From the NCBI GenBank assembly GCA_963705505.1, contig CAVPJU010000001.1, positions 128,001-192,000 of the forward strand: 64,000 nucleotides of DNA. Reading direction: 5' to 3'. Under the pieces are notes generated by a model. The model saw only the letters and a list, made by a program, of their open reading frames with translations. It ran no database searches and was not told where the DNA came from. Positions 21,603 through 31,605 of the stretch are shown here, piece after piece. The stretch's first letter is position 1, and the number at the start of each line of letters is the position of its first letter. Source of the stretch: an uncultured bacterium. Its GTDB lineage: Bacteria; Desulfobacterota_D; UBA1144; Nemesobacterales; UBA2774. The position numbers and the translations under genes were made by a program.

Positions 21603-22642
21603 CGGTAGGGTCTTCTTTTAAAACTTTTATTAAGGCATATTTCGGCTATTTGTTTATTTTGCTCTTCGCATTTTTCGCATCGGTTTCGTTCACTGATACT
21701 GCGCTCGCGAGGTTCGGAGGCGGCGGTTTCGGCGGAGGCGGGTTTAGTAGAGGGAATTTCAACAGCGGGTTTTCGGGAAGGAACGTCGGAGACGGATTCT
21801 CAGGCAGCAGAGGGTTCGGGAGCATCAACAGTTCCGACCATAGTTTCGGAGCATCGAATAACTGGAACGGGAGCATGGACAATTCCGACAGAGCCGGCAA
21901 TTATACGACAGACAGACAGAACTTTGATTCCAGTGATTTGAGCGGCACTCATCAGCAGGACATGAGCGGTTCCATGAGCCAGAACCAGCAGAACAGGCAA
22001 GACTGGAGCAGCCAGAACCAGCAGAACAGGCAAGACTGGAGCAGTCAGAACCAGCAGAACAGGCAAGACTGGAGCGGACAGAACCAGCAGAACAGGCAGA
22101 ATACATACAACAACACCTACAATAACAACTATGACAACCACTGGAACAATTACTGGTACGGGGGCGATTACTATCACGGATGGTCGGGCTACTACTCCGG
22201 CCTGGCCGTGGGGGCGGCGGCGGGCCTTACGGTAGGAGCTGCGATCGCAAGCGTCCCCGCAAGCTCCACCACCGTTTACGTGCAGGGGAGTCCCTTTTAT
22301 TACTCAAGCGGCGTCTATTACATGCCTCAGGGCTCGCAGTATGTCGTCGTGCCGCCGCCCATGGGCGCTGTTATAGATACACTCCCGCCGTCATCCTGTT
22401 CTACTACATACTCGGGAGACACGGCTTATTATGACTGCGGCGGGGCTTACTACTCCCAGGTCGATCAGGGCTACCAGGTCGTGAGCCCTCCGGTCGGGGC
22501 GACGGTTAACACGCTTCCGAGCGGCGCCGTATCGGTAAATGTAAACGGCGTCACCTATTATTCTTTCGGCGGGGCATACTACCAGCCTTTTTATGGCGGT
22601 GGCCAGGTCATATACCAGATAGTCCCGGATCCTAACCAGTGA
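21599..22642 (+). CDS. Secreted low-complexity protein (Gly-rich, Q/N repeats, Tyr-rich VVxPPxG repeats; DUF6515-like)
   Basis: Signal peptide, GGGGFGGGGF, SQNQQNRQDWS repeats, YVVVPPPMGA and YQVVSPPVGA. Confidence 0.75.
   Translation: MTVGSSFKTFIKAYFGYLFILLFAFFASVSFTDTALARFGGGGFGGGGFSRGNFNSGFSGRNVGDGFSGSRGFGSINSSDHSFGASNNWNGSMDNSDRAGNYTTDRQNFDSSDLSGTHQQDMSGSMSQNQQNRQDWSSQNQQNRQDWSSQNQQNRQDWSGQNQQNRQNTYNNTYNNNYDNHWNNYWYGGDYYHGWSGYYSGLAVGAAAGLTVGAAIASVPASSTTVYVQGSPFYYSSGVYYMPQGSQYVVVPPPMGAVIDTLPPSSCSTTYSGDTAYYDCGGAYYSQVDQGYQVVSPPVGATVNTLPSGAVSVNVNGVTYYSFGGAYYQPFYGGGQVIYQIVPDPNQ
21977..22099 (+). repeat. 33-bp in-frame tandem repeat, about 3.7 copies
   Basis: AGCCAGAACCAGCAGAACAGGCAAGACTGGAGC unit encoding SQNQQNRQDWS. 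Confidence 0.95.
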
Positions 22643-22845
22643 ATTTTCCGCCGGACAAAGCCCAAGCCCGGAAGCTCAGCGGGCAAGCGGCGTCAACGCT
22701 GGGCACAGAAGCCTACATATACGGTTATCCGCTCCTCACTATGGAGAGGACGAGACGGGTTATTACAAACGTCTCAGAGTCTGAAGGCACCCATCCGCCC
22801 ATGAACCGGTTTGCAGGTCTCCGGGCATTCTCACTGATTTTATAA
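22639..22845 (+). pseudogene. Truncated DUF1254-family gene (N-terminal fragment)
   Basis: EAYIYGYPLLTMERTRRVITNV...PMNRF resembles the DUF1254 N-terminus; ends just after the island right repeat. Confidence 0.7.
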
Positions 22846-23079
22846 ACGATAACTGTTATTTTCTTACGCTGTGCCCGGTTTTTCTGTGACAAAATGCCCA
22901 GGATGGATTAAGAAACGCAGGTCCAGCGGGGTCAGCGAGGGGAATGTTATAGATATTTCAGTAATTTTATTTTATTTCTCTCTGATTAGTCTTGCTATTC
23001 CATACGGTTATAATGTAAAATTAATACAGAGATTTTGGTCAAAATAAAATAGGATTTCTTTACCCTTTCGGAGGCAATA

Positions 23080-23493
23080 ATGAGATTTGGCGATTATTTG
23101 AAAAGCAAAAGGAAGCAGAAGAATATCACGCAGGAGGATCTGGCTCGTTCCCTTAATGTTTCGAGCGTTTTCATTCACCAGCTCGAGACCGGAAAAGTGG
23201 ACGCACCCTCCATCGACAGATGTCAGCAGATCGCGACCATCCTGGATATAAATATCGAAGAATTCTGGACAGTTGCGAAGAAAGAGCGTCTCAAAAGGTT
23301 CATGGATAAGGAAGACATATCCGAAGACAGCTTTGAAGTTTTGACCGACGCGGAAAAAGCCCTCATCAACCTCTACCGGAGCCTGGATTCCGACATGAGG
23401 AGGGACTTCGGCGGTATGATATTCATGCTTCTCAGACATTCACAGGATGATGGGATCCAGGAAATACTCGAAGAGTTTATTAAGTGCGCGTGA
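23080..23493 (+). CDS. XRE-family HTH transcriptional regulator
   Basis: FGDYLKSKRKQKNITQEDLARSLNVSSVFIHQLETGK; C-terminal EKALINLYRSL; GGAGG RBS. Confidence 0.85.
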   Translation: MRFGDYLKSKRKQKNITQEDLARSLNVSSVFIHQLETGKVDAPSIDRCQQIATILDINIEEFWTVAKKERLKRFMDKEDISEDSFEVLTDAEKALINLYRSLDSDMRRDFGGMIFMLLRHSQDDGIQEILEEFIKCA

Positions 23494-24251
23494 TGATGAG
23501 TAAATTTTCTACAATCTTAAAGGCTCTGGGAATAGAGCTCTGCATATTGGCTTTAATCGGACTGGTGTTTTTGTTCCAGTTCAATAAGGCGAAGGGGGAG
23601 TTTGTAAACAAAACCAGAGCGATTTCGGAGACAATAGGCGACTTGGCCAGCGATTTTTATTCGGAAGAGGGCAAGCAGCCTACGAGCGGAGAGTTTTATC
23701 ATTTTCTCGATAAAAGACTCGGCAGGAAGAAATTGTTTAATACCTTTGAGATAGCTCCGAAATTCTTCAGCGTTGTATTTAAGAAGGACGTGGAAAACAG
23801 CCTGGCATCGGACGGATTGTTCATGAAGGAGTTTTATCCGGAGGGCGGTTATACGGTAAAGGACAATAATGGGATAATCTCCGTTTCGGTCCCCTTTACC
23901 ACACAGACACAAACGGAGCCGTTCGGCATAGTCAAAATTGACTCCGATACAAAGGCCATATTGAAGAAAGTTCTCGCCGACAATTACCTTCTGTATGCGG
24001 CAATGCTGATAGTATTGAATAACCAGGCCTTTATTTTTTACCTCCTTACGAGGAAGAAAAAAGAGGTTATTTTCGAGAAAGGCTATCTTAAGGAGCATTC
24101 CATCGGCGCTCTCAAAATAATGCACAAGGTTTTGGGAGATATAATAGACGACCACAAGACAGATCATGAGAGCCCCGACCATACGAAAAGGCAGGAATCG
24201 GGGAAAAATGTGATTTCAATATCCGAATTGGCGGAAAAAAGGAAGCAATGA
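23484..24251 (+). CDS. Hypothetical membrane protein (2 TM, periplasmic sensor-like domain)
   Basis: Two hydrophobic segments flank about 130 aa ending ISVSVPF...FGIVKID; overlaps both neighbours; start may be 23493. Confidence 0.7.
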   Translation: MRVMMSKFSTILKALGIELCILALIGLVFLFQFNKAKGEFVNKTRAISETIGDLASDFYSEEGKQPTSGEFYHFLDKRLGRKKLFNTFEIAPKFFSVVFKKDVENSLASDGLFMKEFYPEGGYTVKDNNGIISVSVPFTTQTQTEPFGIVKIDSDTKAILKKVLADNYLLYAAMLIVLNNQAFIFYLLTRKKKEVIFEKGYLKEHSIGALKIMHKVLGDIIDDHKTDHESPDHTKRQESGKNVISISELAEKRKQ

Positions 24252-24637
24252 AGAAAATTGTTTTTGCCGCTTTTTTAATAATTTTTGCGGTTATGGTGGC
24301 CTGCGACAGCCCTAACGATAACGGTGTCGTTGAGCAGGACGGTCCGATCCTTGAAAGTATGGACACGGACGGCCATCTGGAGTTCAACGGCGCAGTCATT
24401 AATACCGGGGATTCGCCGGTTCGGTCCGTTTATGTGGTTATAGTGCTTAAAGATCAGGACGGGAACGTTATTGAAGCGAACTCGGTTTCAATCTTTGATG
24501 AAGATCCGAACGCCCTCCTGTACCCTTCGGAAAGGGCTTTTTTCAGCCTGTCCGTAGCTTCGGACCCGAACAGAGTATTTTCGAAGGAAGTTGAAATTTA
24601 TTACGAAGACGCTTCCGACAGCCCTCCGGCTTCATGA
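24248..24637 (+). CDS. Lipoprotein, FxLYD-like Ig fold
   Basis: Lipobox MVAC; GAVINTGD, VLKDQDGNVI, LYPSERAFF. Confidence 0.7.
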   Translation: MKKIVFAAFLIIFAVMVACDSPNDNGVVEQDGPILESMDTDGHLEFNGAVINTGDSPVRSVYVVIVLKDQDGNVIEANSVSIFDEDPNALLYPSERAFFSLSVASDPNRVFSKEVEIYYEDASDSPPAS

Positions 24638-24745
24638 AACCTTTCCTTTTACTTTAAGAAAATCTATCTCGCCAATTCCATCTTCCGGGAAAAGTAATCT
24701 TTGCATATAGGTACTTAAGTAGTATTGTTGAAATCGCAGTATAAG

Positions 24746-24848
24746 TTTCTGACCGAAAAAACACAAACTGTGTGAAAGTGCAGGACGCGAAGCCTGCGGT
24801 CTTAAGGGTTACGAAACCTTTAGGGCGGGGTTACCGAAGTTGGAAAAA
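24746..24848 (+). ncRNA. GEMM / c-di-GMP-I-like riboswitch (variant) upstream of pilMNOPQ
   Basis: CAAAC-TGTGT-GAAA-GTGCA-GGACGCGAAGCC...GGTCTTAAG...TAGGGCGGGGTTACCGAA is colinear with GEMM-I; closing helix TTTCTGAC/GTTGGAAA. Confidence 0.8.
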
Positions 24849-25105
24849 TATATACGCATCCACTATCCCGGGTCTCACTCGAATCTATAATCGGCATTAA
24901 CACCTTGTAACCATTCAATATTTAATCTACGATTAACAGCATCGGTTTAGAAATCTTGAATCATCTTAAGGAGACTGTTTTTCGTAAAATTAAGTATTAC
25001 AATGTACTATTGACAACAATTAAAGAGTTGTTTGATATTTTTTAAAGAGTATTGCAATAACTTCAAAAAGGTGGTTAAATTAGTTATGTAACATAGGAGG
25101 ATGAT

Positions 25106-26154
25106 TTGTTTTTAAGTAGAAAGGAACTCGTAGGACTTGATATAGGTTCTAATGCCGTTAAGCTCGTCGAGCTTAAGTCATCCAAAGGCGGGTACCAGTT
25201 GAAAAATATTGGCGATGCCATTTTGCCCCTTAATTCCATAGTCAACAAGATTATCGAAAATCGCGATGCCGTTGCAGATACGGTTTCCTCTTTGTTTGAA
25301 GACTTGAGAGTCAAAACGAAGAATGTAGCGATCTCGATATCGGGACACTCCGTAATAATCAAAAAGGTCAGTCTGCCGAAAATGTCTGAGAAGGAGCTCA
25401 AGGAGTCGATCCCGTGGGAGCTCGAGCAGTACATACCCCAGAGTATTCAGGATGTTAATTACGACTATCAGGTAATACCCGGCGAAACCCCTGAGGGCAA
25501 TATAGATGTGCTGATCGTCGCCGCGAAGAAGGACGTCACGAACTCTTATGTTTCGGTGTAAAGGATGTCGGTTTGAACCCCGTTGTTGTGGATGTCGACG
25601 TGTTTGCCCTTGAGAATATGTATGAAATAAATTATCCGGAATCCGAGGGTCTCGTCGCTCTTGTAAATATCGGCGCCTCCGTAACGAATATAAACATTTT
25701 GAAAGACGGGGTCTCCATCTTCACAAGGGATATAACTACCGGCGGGAATCAGTTTACGGATTGGATCGTAAAAGACATCGGCTTGAGTTTTGTGGAAGCG
25801 GAGAAGATGAAGTCTTCTATGCATGAAGGGGATGTGCCCCACGAGCTCGAAGCCTTGACTCATAATTTTAACGATTTGATCTGCGGTGAGATTAAGAGGA
25901 CTCTCGAGTTCTTCGCCTCGACTTTATGGACGAGCAAGGTCGGTAATATCCTGATCGGCGGCGGGTCTTCCAAGGTCCCCGGTTTAAAAGAAGAATTGGC
26001 GGATCTGACCGACGCTAATGTCGATTTCATGAATCCCTTCAGAAATATCGCATATGATAAAAACGAATTCGATCACGAATACATTGAAGCGATAGCTCCG
26101 AAAATGAGTGTCGTTATGGGTCTCGCCACGAGAAAACCGGGGGATAAGGCATGA
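25106..26154 (+). CDS. pilM: Type IV pilus assembly protein PilM, split by a 1-nt frameshift near 25558 (probable assembly error)
   Basis: VGLDIGSNAVK, LVNIGAS, GGGSSK; adding one base joins SYVSV to VKDVGLNPVVVDVD. Confidence 0.9.
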
Positions 26155-26771
26155 TAAGGATAAACCTTATTCCCGCTCCGGAAAGGAGAGAAGTCAAGGG
26201 TATCGGTGACGTCCTCGTAGGAATTTGCGTTCTTATAGCCCTCTTTGTAGTGATTGCGGCTATCCATATTGTGCAGGAACGGAAGTTAGAAGACGTTAAC
26301 CGGGGAGTAGCGAAAGCTGAGAAAAGGATAAAGGCACTGGAGATAGTCAAGCAGAAGGTCGATGATTTCAAGGCGAAAAACGCGGAGCTCAACAGGAGAA
26401 TAGAAATCATAGACGTGCTCGAGAAAAACCGCACGGGACCTCTATATGTGATGGATGCTCTATCACATGCCGTCCCTAACAAGGCCTGGATCGACGAATT
26501 TACGGAGAAGAATTCTCAGACCAAGCTCGTCGGCGTTGCGGACAGCGAATTTACTGTTGCGGATTTCATGCAGGCCCTTCAATCTTCTCCGTATTTTGTC
26601 GGTGTGGAACTAGGAGTAATCAAAAAGACGGAGATACGCAAGCTGGACTTGAGGAGTTTTGTCATAAACACAACGCTCAACTATTCCGGAAAGTCGAAAA
26701 CGGAGGATAAGGGTCAGAACCCCGCAGAGCCCGCGCAGAATTCCCGGACAAAGAAGGCGGTGAAGGAATAA
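26151..26771 (+). CDS. pilN: PilN
   Basis: MIRINLIP (INLLP motif), one TM, coiled coil. Confidence 0.9.
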   Translation: MIRINLIPAPERREVKGIGDVLVGICVLIALFVVIAAIHIVQERKLEDVNRGVAKAEKRIKALEIVKQKVDDFKAKNAELNRRIEIIDVLEKNRTGPLYVMDALSHAVPNKAWIDEFTEKNSQTKLVGVADSEFTVADFMQALQSSPYFVGVELGVIKKTEIRKLDLRSFVINTTLNYSGKSKTEDKGQNPAEPAQNSRTKKAVKE

Positions 26772-27403
26772 TGGCTTTCTTTGAAGAATATTCGGAGAGG
26801 CTTAACGAACAGCCTGTTCATATAAGGGTCGGGATACTGCTCCTGATTGTTGTCGTCATATCTCTCATTTACTGGTACTTCTTCTGGTCCCCAAAGGCCG
26901 AGGAGTTGAGTGGCGCCGAAAATAAGCTCAGGCAGGATCAGATGAAGATACATGAATACGAAGCAATTGCAGCCGAGCTGCCCAAGTTTGAAAAGGAGTA
27001 CAAGAGGCTCGACAGGGAGTTTCAGCTTGTGGCGCGCAAGCTGCCCAAGGATAAAGAGATTCCGGGGTTAATCGACGGGGTCTATTCCGAGATTGCCGCT
27101 TCGAATCTTGACTCGATAATTTTTGCACCGAAACCGCAGGTCACAAAGGAGATTTACGCGGAGATTCCGGTAGAGATGGAGGTCATCGGCACCTATTTTA
27201 ACCTGGCTGATTTCTTCGACCGTATATCCAGGCTCCCGAGGATAGTTAACGTAAGGGACCTTGTGCTTACGCGCAATACCATTCAGGGGGGGAATGTGAT
27301 ACTCAATGCGAAGTTTGACGTTGTCACGTTCAGGCTCCTGCCTCCGCAAGAGGTGCAGCCCCAGGATAGCAAGAAAACAAAAGGAAAGAAACGCGGGACA
27401 TAG
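26771..27403 (+). CDS. pilO: PilO
   Basis: One TM, LPKDKEIPGL, YAEIPV, RLPRIVNV. Confidence 0.92.
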   Translation: MAFFEEYSERLNEQPVHIRVGILLLIVVVISLIYWYFFWSPKAEELSGAENKLRQDQMKIHEYEAIAAELPKFEKEYKRLDREFQLVARKLPKDKEIPGLIDGVYSEIAASNLDSIIFAPKPQVTKEIYAEIPVEMEVIGTYFNLADFFDRISRLPRIVNVRDLVLTRNTIQGGNVILNAKFDVVTFRLLPPQEVQPQDSKKTKGKKRGT

Positions 27404-27416
27404 AAGATATTAAGGA

Positions 27417-28088
27417 ATGCATGACGGAATGACGGGAAAAATGGCGGTATTTATAAGAATATTCATATTGTTGTTGCTTCTCACCTGTCCGCTTAGGGTT
27501 ACAAGTTCGCAGGAGCAGACGGCTCCTGCCGATGATACCCTGAAGCAGGGTTATAAGATAATTAAGGATGCCCGGGAAAATAAATCTGTTGCACCGGAAC
27601 AAAGTGAGGAGAAAACGGCAGGGGACGACGCTCAGCCGCCCCCTCAGAGCCCCGCCGAAACCGGAGAGGGTATCTCAAGCCCGGAGCAGCCCGCGGGGAC
27701 AGCCCCTATGACGGCTCAGGAGGAGAAGCCGCCCTATGATTCCACCGGCATGCGCGACCCCTTTAAGCCCTTTATTAAATTGGTAGATACCCCGGCAGGA
27801 ACAGCCGGCACCGTGCTGCGTCCTCCCATACAGAGGTACCCGTTAAACCAGTTCAGGATCGTCGGGATCGTATGGATAGGGGGCAAGCCTCAGGCCATGG
27901 TCGTGGACCCGGAAGCGAATACCTATTTCCTGGGTGTCGGGGACAAGATCGGAAACAGTGACGGGGAGATATTGGAAGTAAGGGAAAACGGAATCCTCGT
28001 ACAGGAAAAAACAAAGGTTGAAAACGTATACGGAGAGGTAAAGATCGAGGTAAAGCAATCTGTACTGGCGTTTCAGAACGAAGAATGA
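27417..28088 (+). CDS. pilP: PilP
   Basis: YDSTGMRDPFKP, QRYPLNQFRIVGIV, GDKIG; between pilO and pilQ. Confidence 0.85.
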   Translation: MHDGMTGKMAVFIRIFILLLLLTCPLRVTSSQEQTAPADDTLKQGYKIIKDARENKSVAPEQSEEKTAGDDAQPPPQSPAETGEGISSPEQPAGTAPMTAQEEKPPYDSTGMRDPFKPFIKLVDTPAGTAGTVLRPPIQRYPLNQFRIVGIVWIGGKPQAMVVDPEANTYFLGVGDKIGNSDGEILEVRENGILVQEKTKVENVYGEVKIEVKQSVLAFQNEE

Positions 28089-28138
28089 CGAGGGGAATTT
28101 GTATTAAGGAGGATGATTAAGTTAAGGAGGATGGTTTA

Positions 28139-30070
28139 ATGAGATTCCTGATCATATCAATCATGCTGCTTGGAATTTGTGTCCTCGTTTCGGGAACACG
28201 GGTTTATAGCGGGCAGCTGCAAAAAATAGACGACAATAATGAAACTTCAATCGAAGCGCCGGGAATTGTCGGTCCTGAAACAGTGAATAAGAATTCACCG
28301 GTCTATATTGCTCAGGCACAGACTGCTACGACGGCTATACCCCAGAACACCACGGCTAATATGCCCAACCCTTCCGATCAATATAACCATGTCGAGAGCA
28401 TAGGGTTTGAGGTTCAGCAGGGTATGGGGATAGTGACCGTGGGGACGACTTCGCCTGTCGAGTATGAGAGGCTCGCGGACGAAGATAAGAAGATCACACT
28501 TAAAATTAAAGACGTCATACTTGCCGATAAGTTCCAGGTATCAAGAGACGTCAGCGATTTCGACAGCCCCGTTAACTTCATTTCCTCCTTCAGGGACCCC
28601 ATAAAGCCCAATGACGTAATAATGGTCATAGAGCTCAAGGAGGACAAAGTGCCCGTGGATGTCGGTCAGAACGGAAACCTTATCACGCTCAACTTCGGGG
28701 AGACGCGTAAACAGGAGAAGATCGCTGCGGAGGAAGGGAAGGTCGAGGTCGCGGTGAAGCCCGAAGACCTCTATGCCTTCGATTTCAGGCTTACTTCCGT
28801 ACCCGGCGCGACGAAGACGTACAGGGGACAGCTCGTCTCTTTTGATTTCAAAGATGCGGATATCAGGGACGTGCTCAGGATTATTTCGGACATAAGCGGA
28901 TTGAACATGATAATTGCAAGGAACGTTACGGGCACTGTTACATTGAAGCTCACGAACGTCCCCTGGGACCAGGCGCTCGACGTGATTCTCGAGGACGCTG
29001 GTCTGGGTGCGTTCTTAGACGGGAACGTGCTTAGGGTTGCGCCTCTCGGCACGCTTCAGGCGAGGCAGAAGGCGGTAAAGAAAGCTGCGGAAACCAACGA
29101 GGAACTGGAGCCTCTCATCACGAAGCAGGTATTCGTCAACTATGCAAACGCCGAGGAGCTGATACCGCTCGTAGAGCCGCTATTGAGTGACAGAGGGGAG
29201 CTGAGGGTCGATATACGTACTAACAGCATACTCATTAACGATACCGGCGTAAGAGTGGCCCAGATCGAGGACCTTGTTTCGGACCTCGACACGAGAACGC
29301 CTCAGGTCCTGATAGAATCGCGTATCGTACAGGCCACACTAGATTTCACACGCGACCTCGGAGTACAGTGGGGCTTCGATTATACGGCTTCCGCGGCCAC
29401 GGGGAACCCGACAGGCGCGACTTTCCCGTCAAGCGTAGCAGTCGGCGGTTCCACGACAGGGAGCCCCTTCGGAACAACGGGTGATAATTTCATAGTCGAC
29501 CTGCCTGCCGCAGCCACTACCGGAGCGGGCGGAGTTCTGGGGATCGTTCTCGGCAGCTTAACCGGAGCATACGACCTCGACCTCAGGCTTTCGGCTCTCG
29601 AGCTGAGAGGAGAAGGCAGGGTACTGTCATCTCCGAAAGTACTCACGCTCGAAAATACACCGGCCAGGATCGAGCAGGGCGTTTCTATCCCGTTCCTCAG
29701 TGTCTCCGCTGCGGGCACACAGACGCAGTTCGTGGACGCAACGCTGAGTCTCGAGGTTACGCCGCAGGTCACTAACGATAACAGGATATTAATGAATATT
29801 GTAGTTACGGATAATTCACCCGATCCCACTTTGACCGGGGCAGGCGGTCAGCCAAGCATAAGGAGGAACGAGGCTACTACTCAGGTCCTCGCGAGCGACG
29901 GCGAGACTATAGTTATCGGCGGTATATTTACGAGAGAAGTAACAGATTCCGACAGCGGCATACCGTGGTTTTCGAGACTGCCGCTTGTCGGGTGGTTGTT
30001 CCAGCATAGCCTGACGAGAGATCAGCGGAGGGAGCTTATAGTTTTTATCACTCCGAGGATAGTCAGGTAA
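28139..30070 (+). CDS. pilQ: Type IV pilus secretin PilQ
   Basis: FDFKDADIRDVL, NVPWDQALD, QVLIESRIV, IEQGVSIP, ELIVFITPRIV. Confidence 0.95.
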   Translation: MRFLIISIMLLGICVLVSGTRVYSGQLQKIDDNNETSIEAPGIVGPETVNKNSPVYIAQAQTATTAIPQNTTANMPNPSDQYNHVESIGFEVQQGMGIVTVGTTSPVEYERLADEDKKITLKIKDVILADKFQVSRDVSDFDSPVNFISSFRDPIKPNDVIMVIELKEDKVPVDVGQNGNLITLNFGETRKQEKIAAEEGKVEVAVKPEDLYAFDFRLTSVPGATKTYRGQLVSFDFKDADIRDVLRIISDISGLNMIIARNVTGTVTLKLTNVPWDQALDVILEDAGLGAFLDGNVLRVAPLGTLQARQKAVKKAAETNEELEPLITKQVFVNYANAEELIPLVEPLLSDRGELRVDIRTNSILINDTGVRVAQIEDLVSDLDTRTPQVLIESRIVQATLDFTRDLGVQWGFDYTASAATGNPTGATFPSSVAVGGSTTGSPFGTTGDNFIVDLPAAATTGAGGVLGIVLGSLTGAYDLDLRLSALELRGEGRVLSSPKVLTLENTPARIEQGVSIPFLSVSAAGTQTQFVDATLSLEVTPQVTNDNRILMNIVVTDNSPDPTLTGAGGQPSIRRNEATTQVLASDGETIVIGGIFTREVTDSDSGIPWFSRLPLVGWLFQHSLTRDQRRELIVFITPRIVR

Positions 30071-30105
30071 GAGCGAGTTGAAATATGACAGAGGAGGATG
30101 TATTG

Positions 30106-30665
30106 ATGAACAGGAAACTCACGGGGAAATTATTATTCCCCATAATCGTAATAGGGATATTCGCAGCGGGCGTGATCGCCATAAGCTGCGGAGGAGCTAA
30201 CCCGCCGTTTGCCCCGTTCGGCTCGACGGTCACGATACTCGATCCTCCGAGCGACGTCACGATTCCGGACAATTCCCTGACCACGACCTTGGTACAGGCT
30301 CAGAGTCCTGGGCCCCGACGGACAGCCTCTCAATGACGTGAGGGTTACATGGATTGCCTCGTTTGCCGGTCAGAATGATCTAGTCGTGGACACTAACGGA
30401 GACAACGTAGGTGACGCCAGAGCCGTTCAGCTGGCCGATGATCAAGCCTGCGAGCCTGCCAGTTGTTCACACACCCCGTTAAGTGAGTGGTTTTCGATGG
30501 GGGCTTTTGTCGATTCCCCGTTCGAGACTCTCACGGACAATCGCGGCATAGCCTTCGTAATAATTTTACTAAGCGGTGAGGACATAATCGACCCGGCGTT
30601 CCTGGAGGCATCGACTGACAGCGGCGTCTGTCGATGTAGTGGAGTTCACGGTTAACGTACCATAA
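30106..30665 (+). CDS. Lipoprotein with Big_1-like Ig domain, two apparent +1 frameshifts (~30304, ~30626)
   Basis: Lipobox AISC; reconstructed ...LVQAQ|VLGPDGQPLNDVRVTW...TDNRGIAFV...DSG|SVDVVEFTVNVP*. Confidence 0.6.
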
Positions 30666-30704
30666 AAGAGAAGCGCGTCTTTATACAAGGAGGGATGGAT
30701 TTTT

Positions 30705-31605
30705 ATGAGACTAAGAAACTTGTTTAAACATAAATCAATAAGGATATTATCAGTTGTATTGTTCTTTACTATAATGATCGGTTTTCAATATGCCTGTCTC
30801 GACGGTCTTAACGGTGACGGCTCGGGAGACCCAATAAACACGGCTATAATCGGCCTGAAAGCCAATCCGGATGCTCTCTTTGGCAATGCGAGTCGAAGAT
30901 TCTTTTATACAGGTAAATACCAATCTGGTACCTGACGGGACTCCAATCGATTTCGAAATTACCTTTTCACCCAGCGGCCTCAAGCCTGAGTCAAGGGGAT
31001 GCTTGTTCGAGAGCAGCGGAACAGTCGAAGGAGAAATGGCTTTTGTGAATTACCTGGCGGGTGTGCATAAAGGGGTCGGCGCGACGATCGAGGAGATAGC
31101 GGCGGATACAGCTACTGTACATATATCGGCTACGATACATCCCGTAGGCGGCGATGAGGAGAGCGATTTTCTTACCATGACACTCCGGGGTGTCGGGATA
31201 GTAGGGCCCGGTAATCAGGATATAACTGTTCCGAACCCGCTGGATTTGGAAGCGGAGGATGTATTTCTAACACTTATTTTCAATACGGTCGGGATCGAGC
31301 CCGGGACCATGGCTGAGGTATCTGTCAGTGATACTGCGCTTGGCTCATTAAATGATGGATCGAGTGATGTCTCTGTACCTGTTTTGGGAAGCTTGGAATC
31401 GGGGCAATTTGTAGTTCAATACAATGCATTTAGAGTTGGCGGGACACAAACTGTAACAGCAAGAATCCAGCTTCAAGTGCCGCCTGAGTTTGCCGCAATC
31501 TGCCCGTTACCTCCGGCGGACGATCTGCTTTTGGAAGCCGACGTCATTATTACTCAGTCGGTTGAAGCTCTCTCGCCGTCACCATCGCCGACACCGGGAC
31601 CTTAG
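30705..31605 (+). CDS. Acidic beta-rich putative lipoprotein with Pro/Thr tail, frameshift near 30878
   Basis: Signal peptide ending QYAC in ORF 30705; body in ORF 30871..31605 ending SPSPSPTPGP. Confidence 0.6.

Noticed and set aside
21977..22099. 33-bp repeats as a CRISPR array
   Set aside because: No spacers, in-frame coding repeats, no cas genes.
25540..25580. pilM pseudogene or phase variation
   Set aside because: No repeat tract at the break and the rest of the pilus system is intact; a single missing base.
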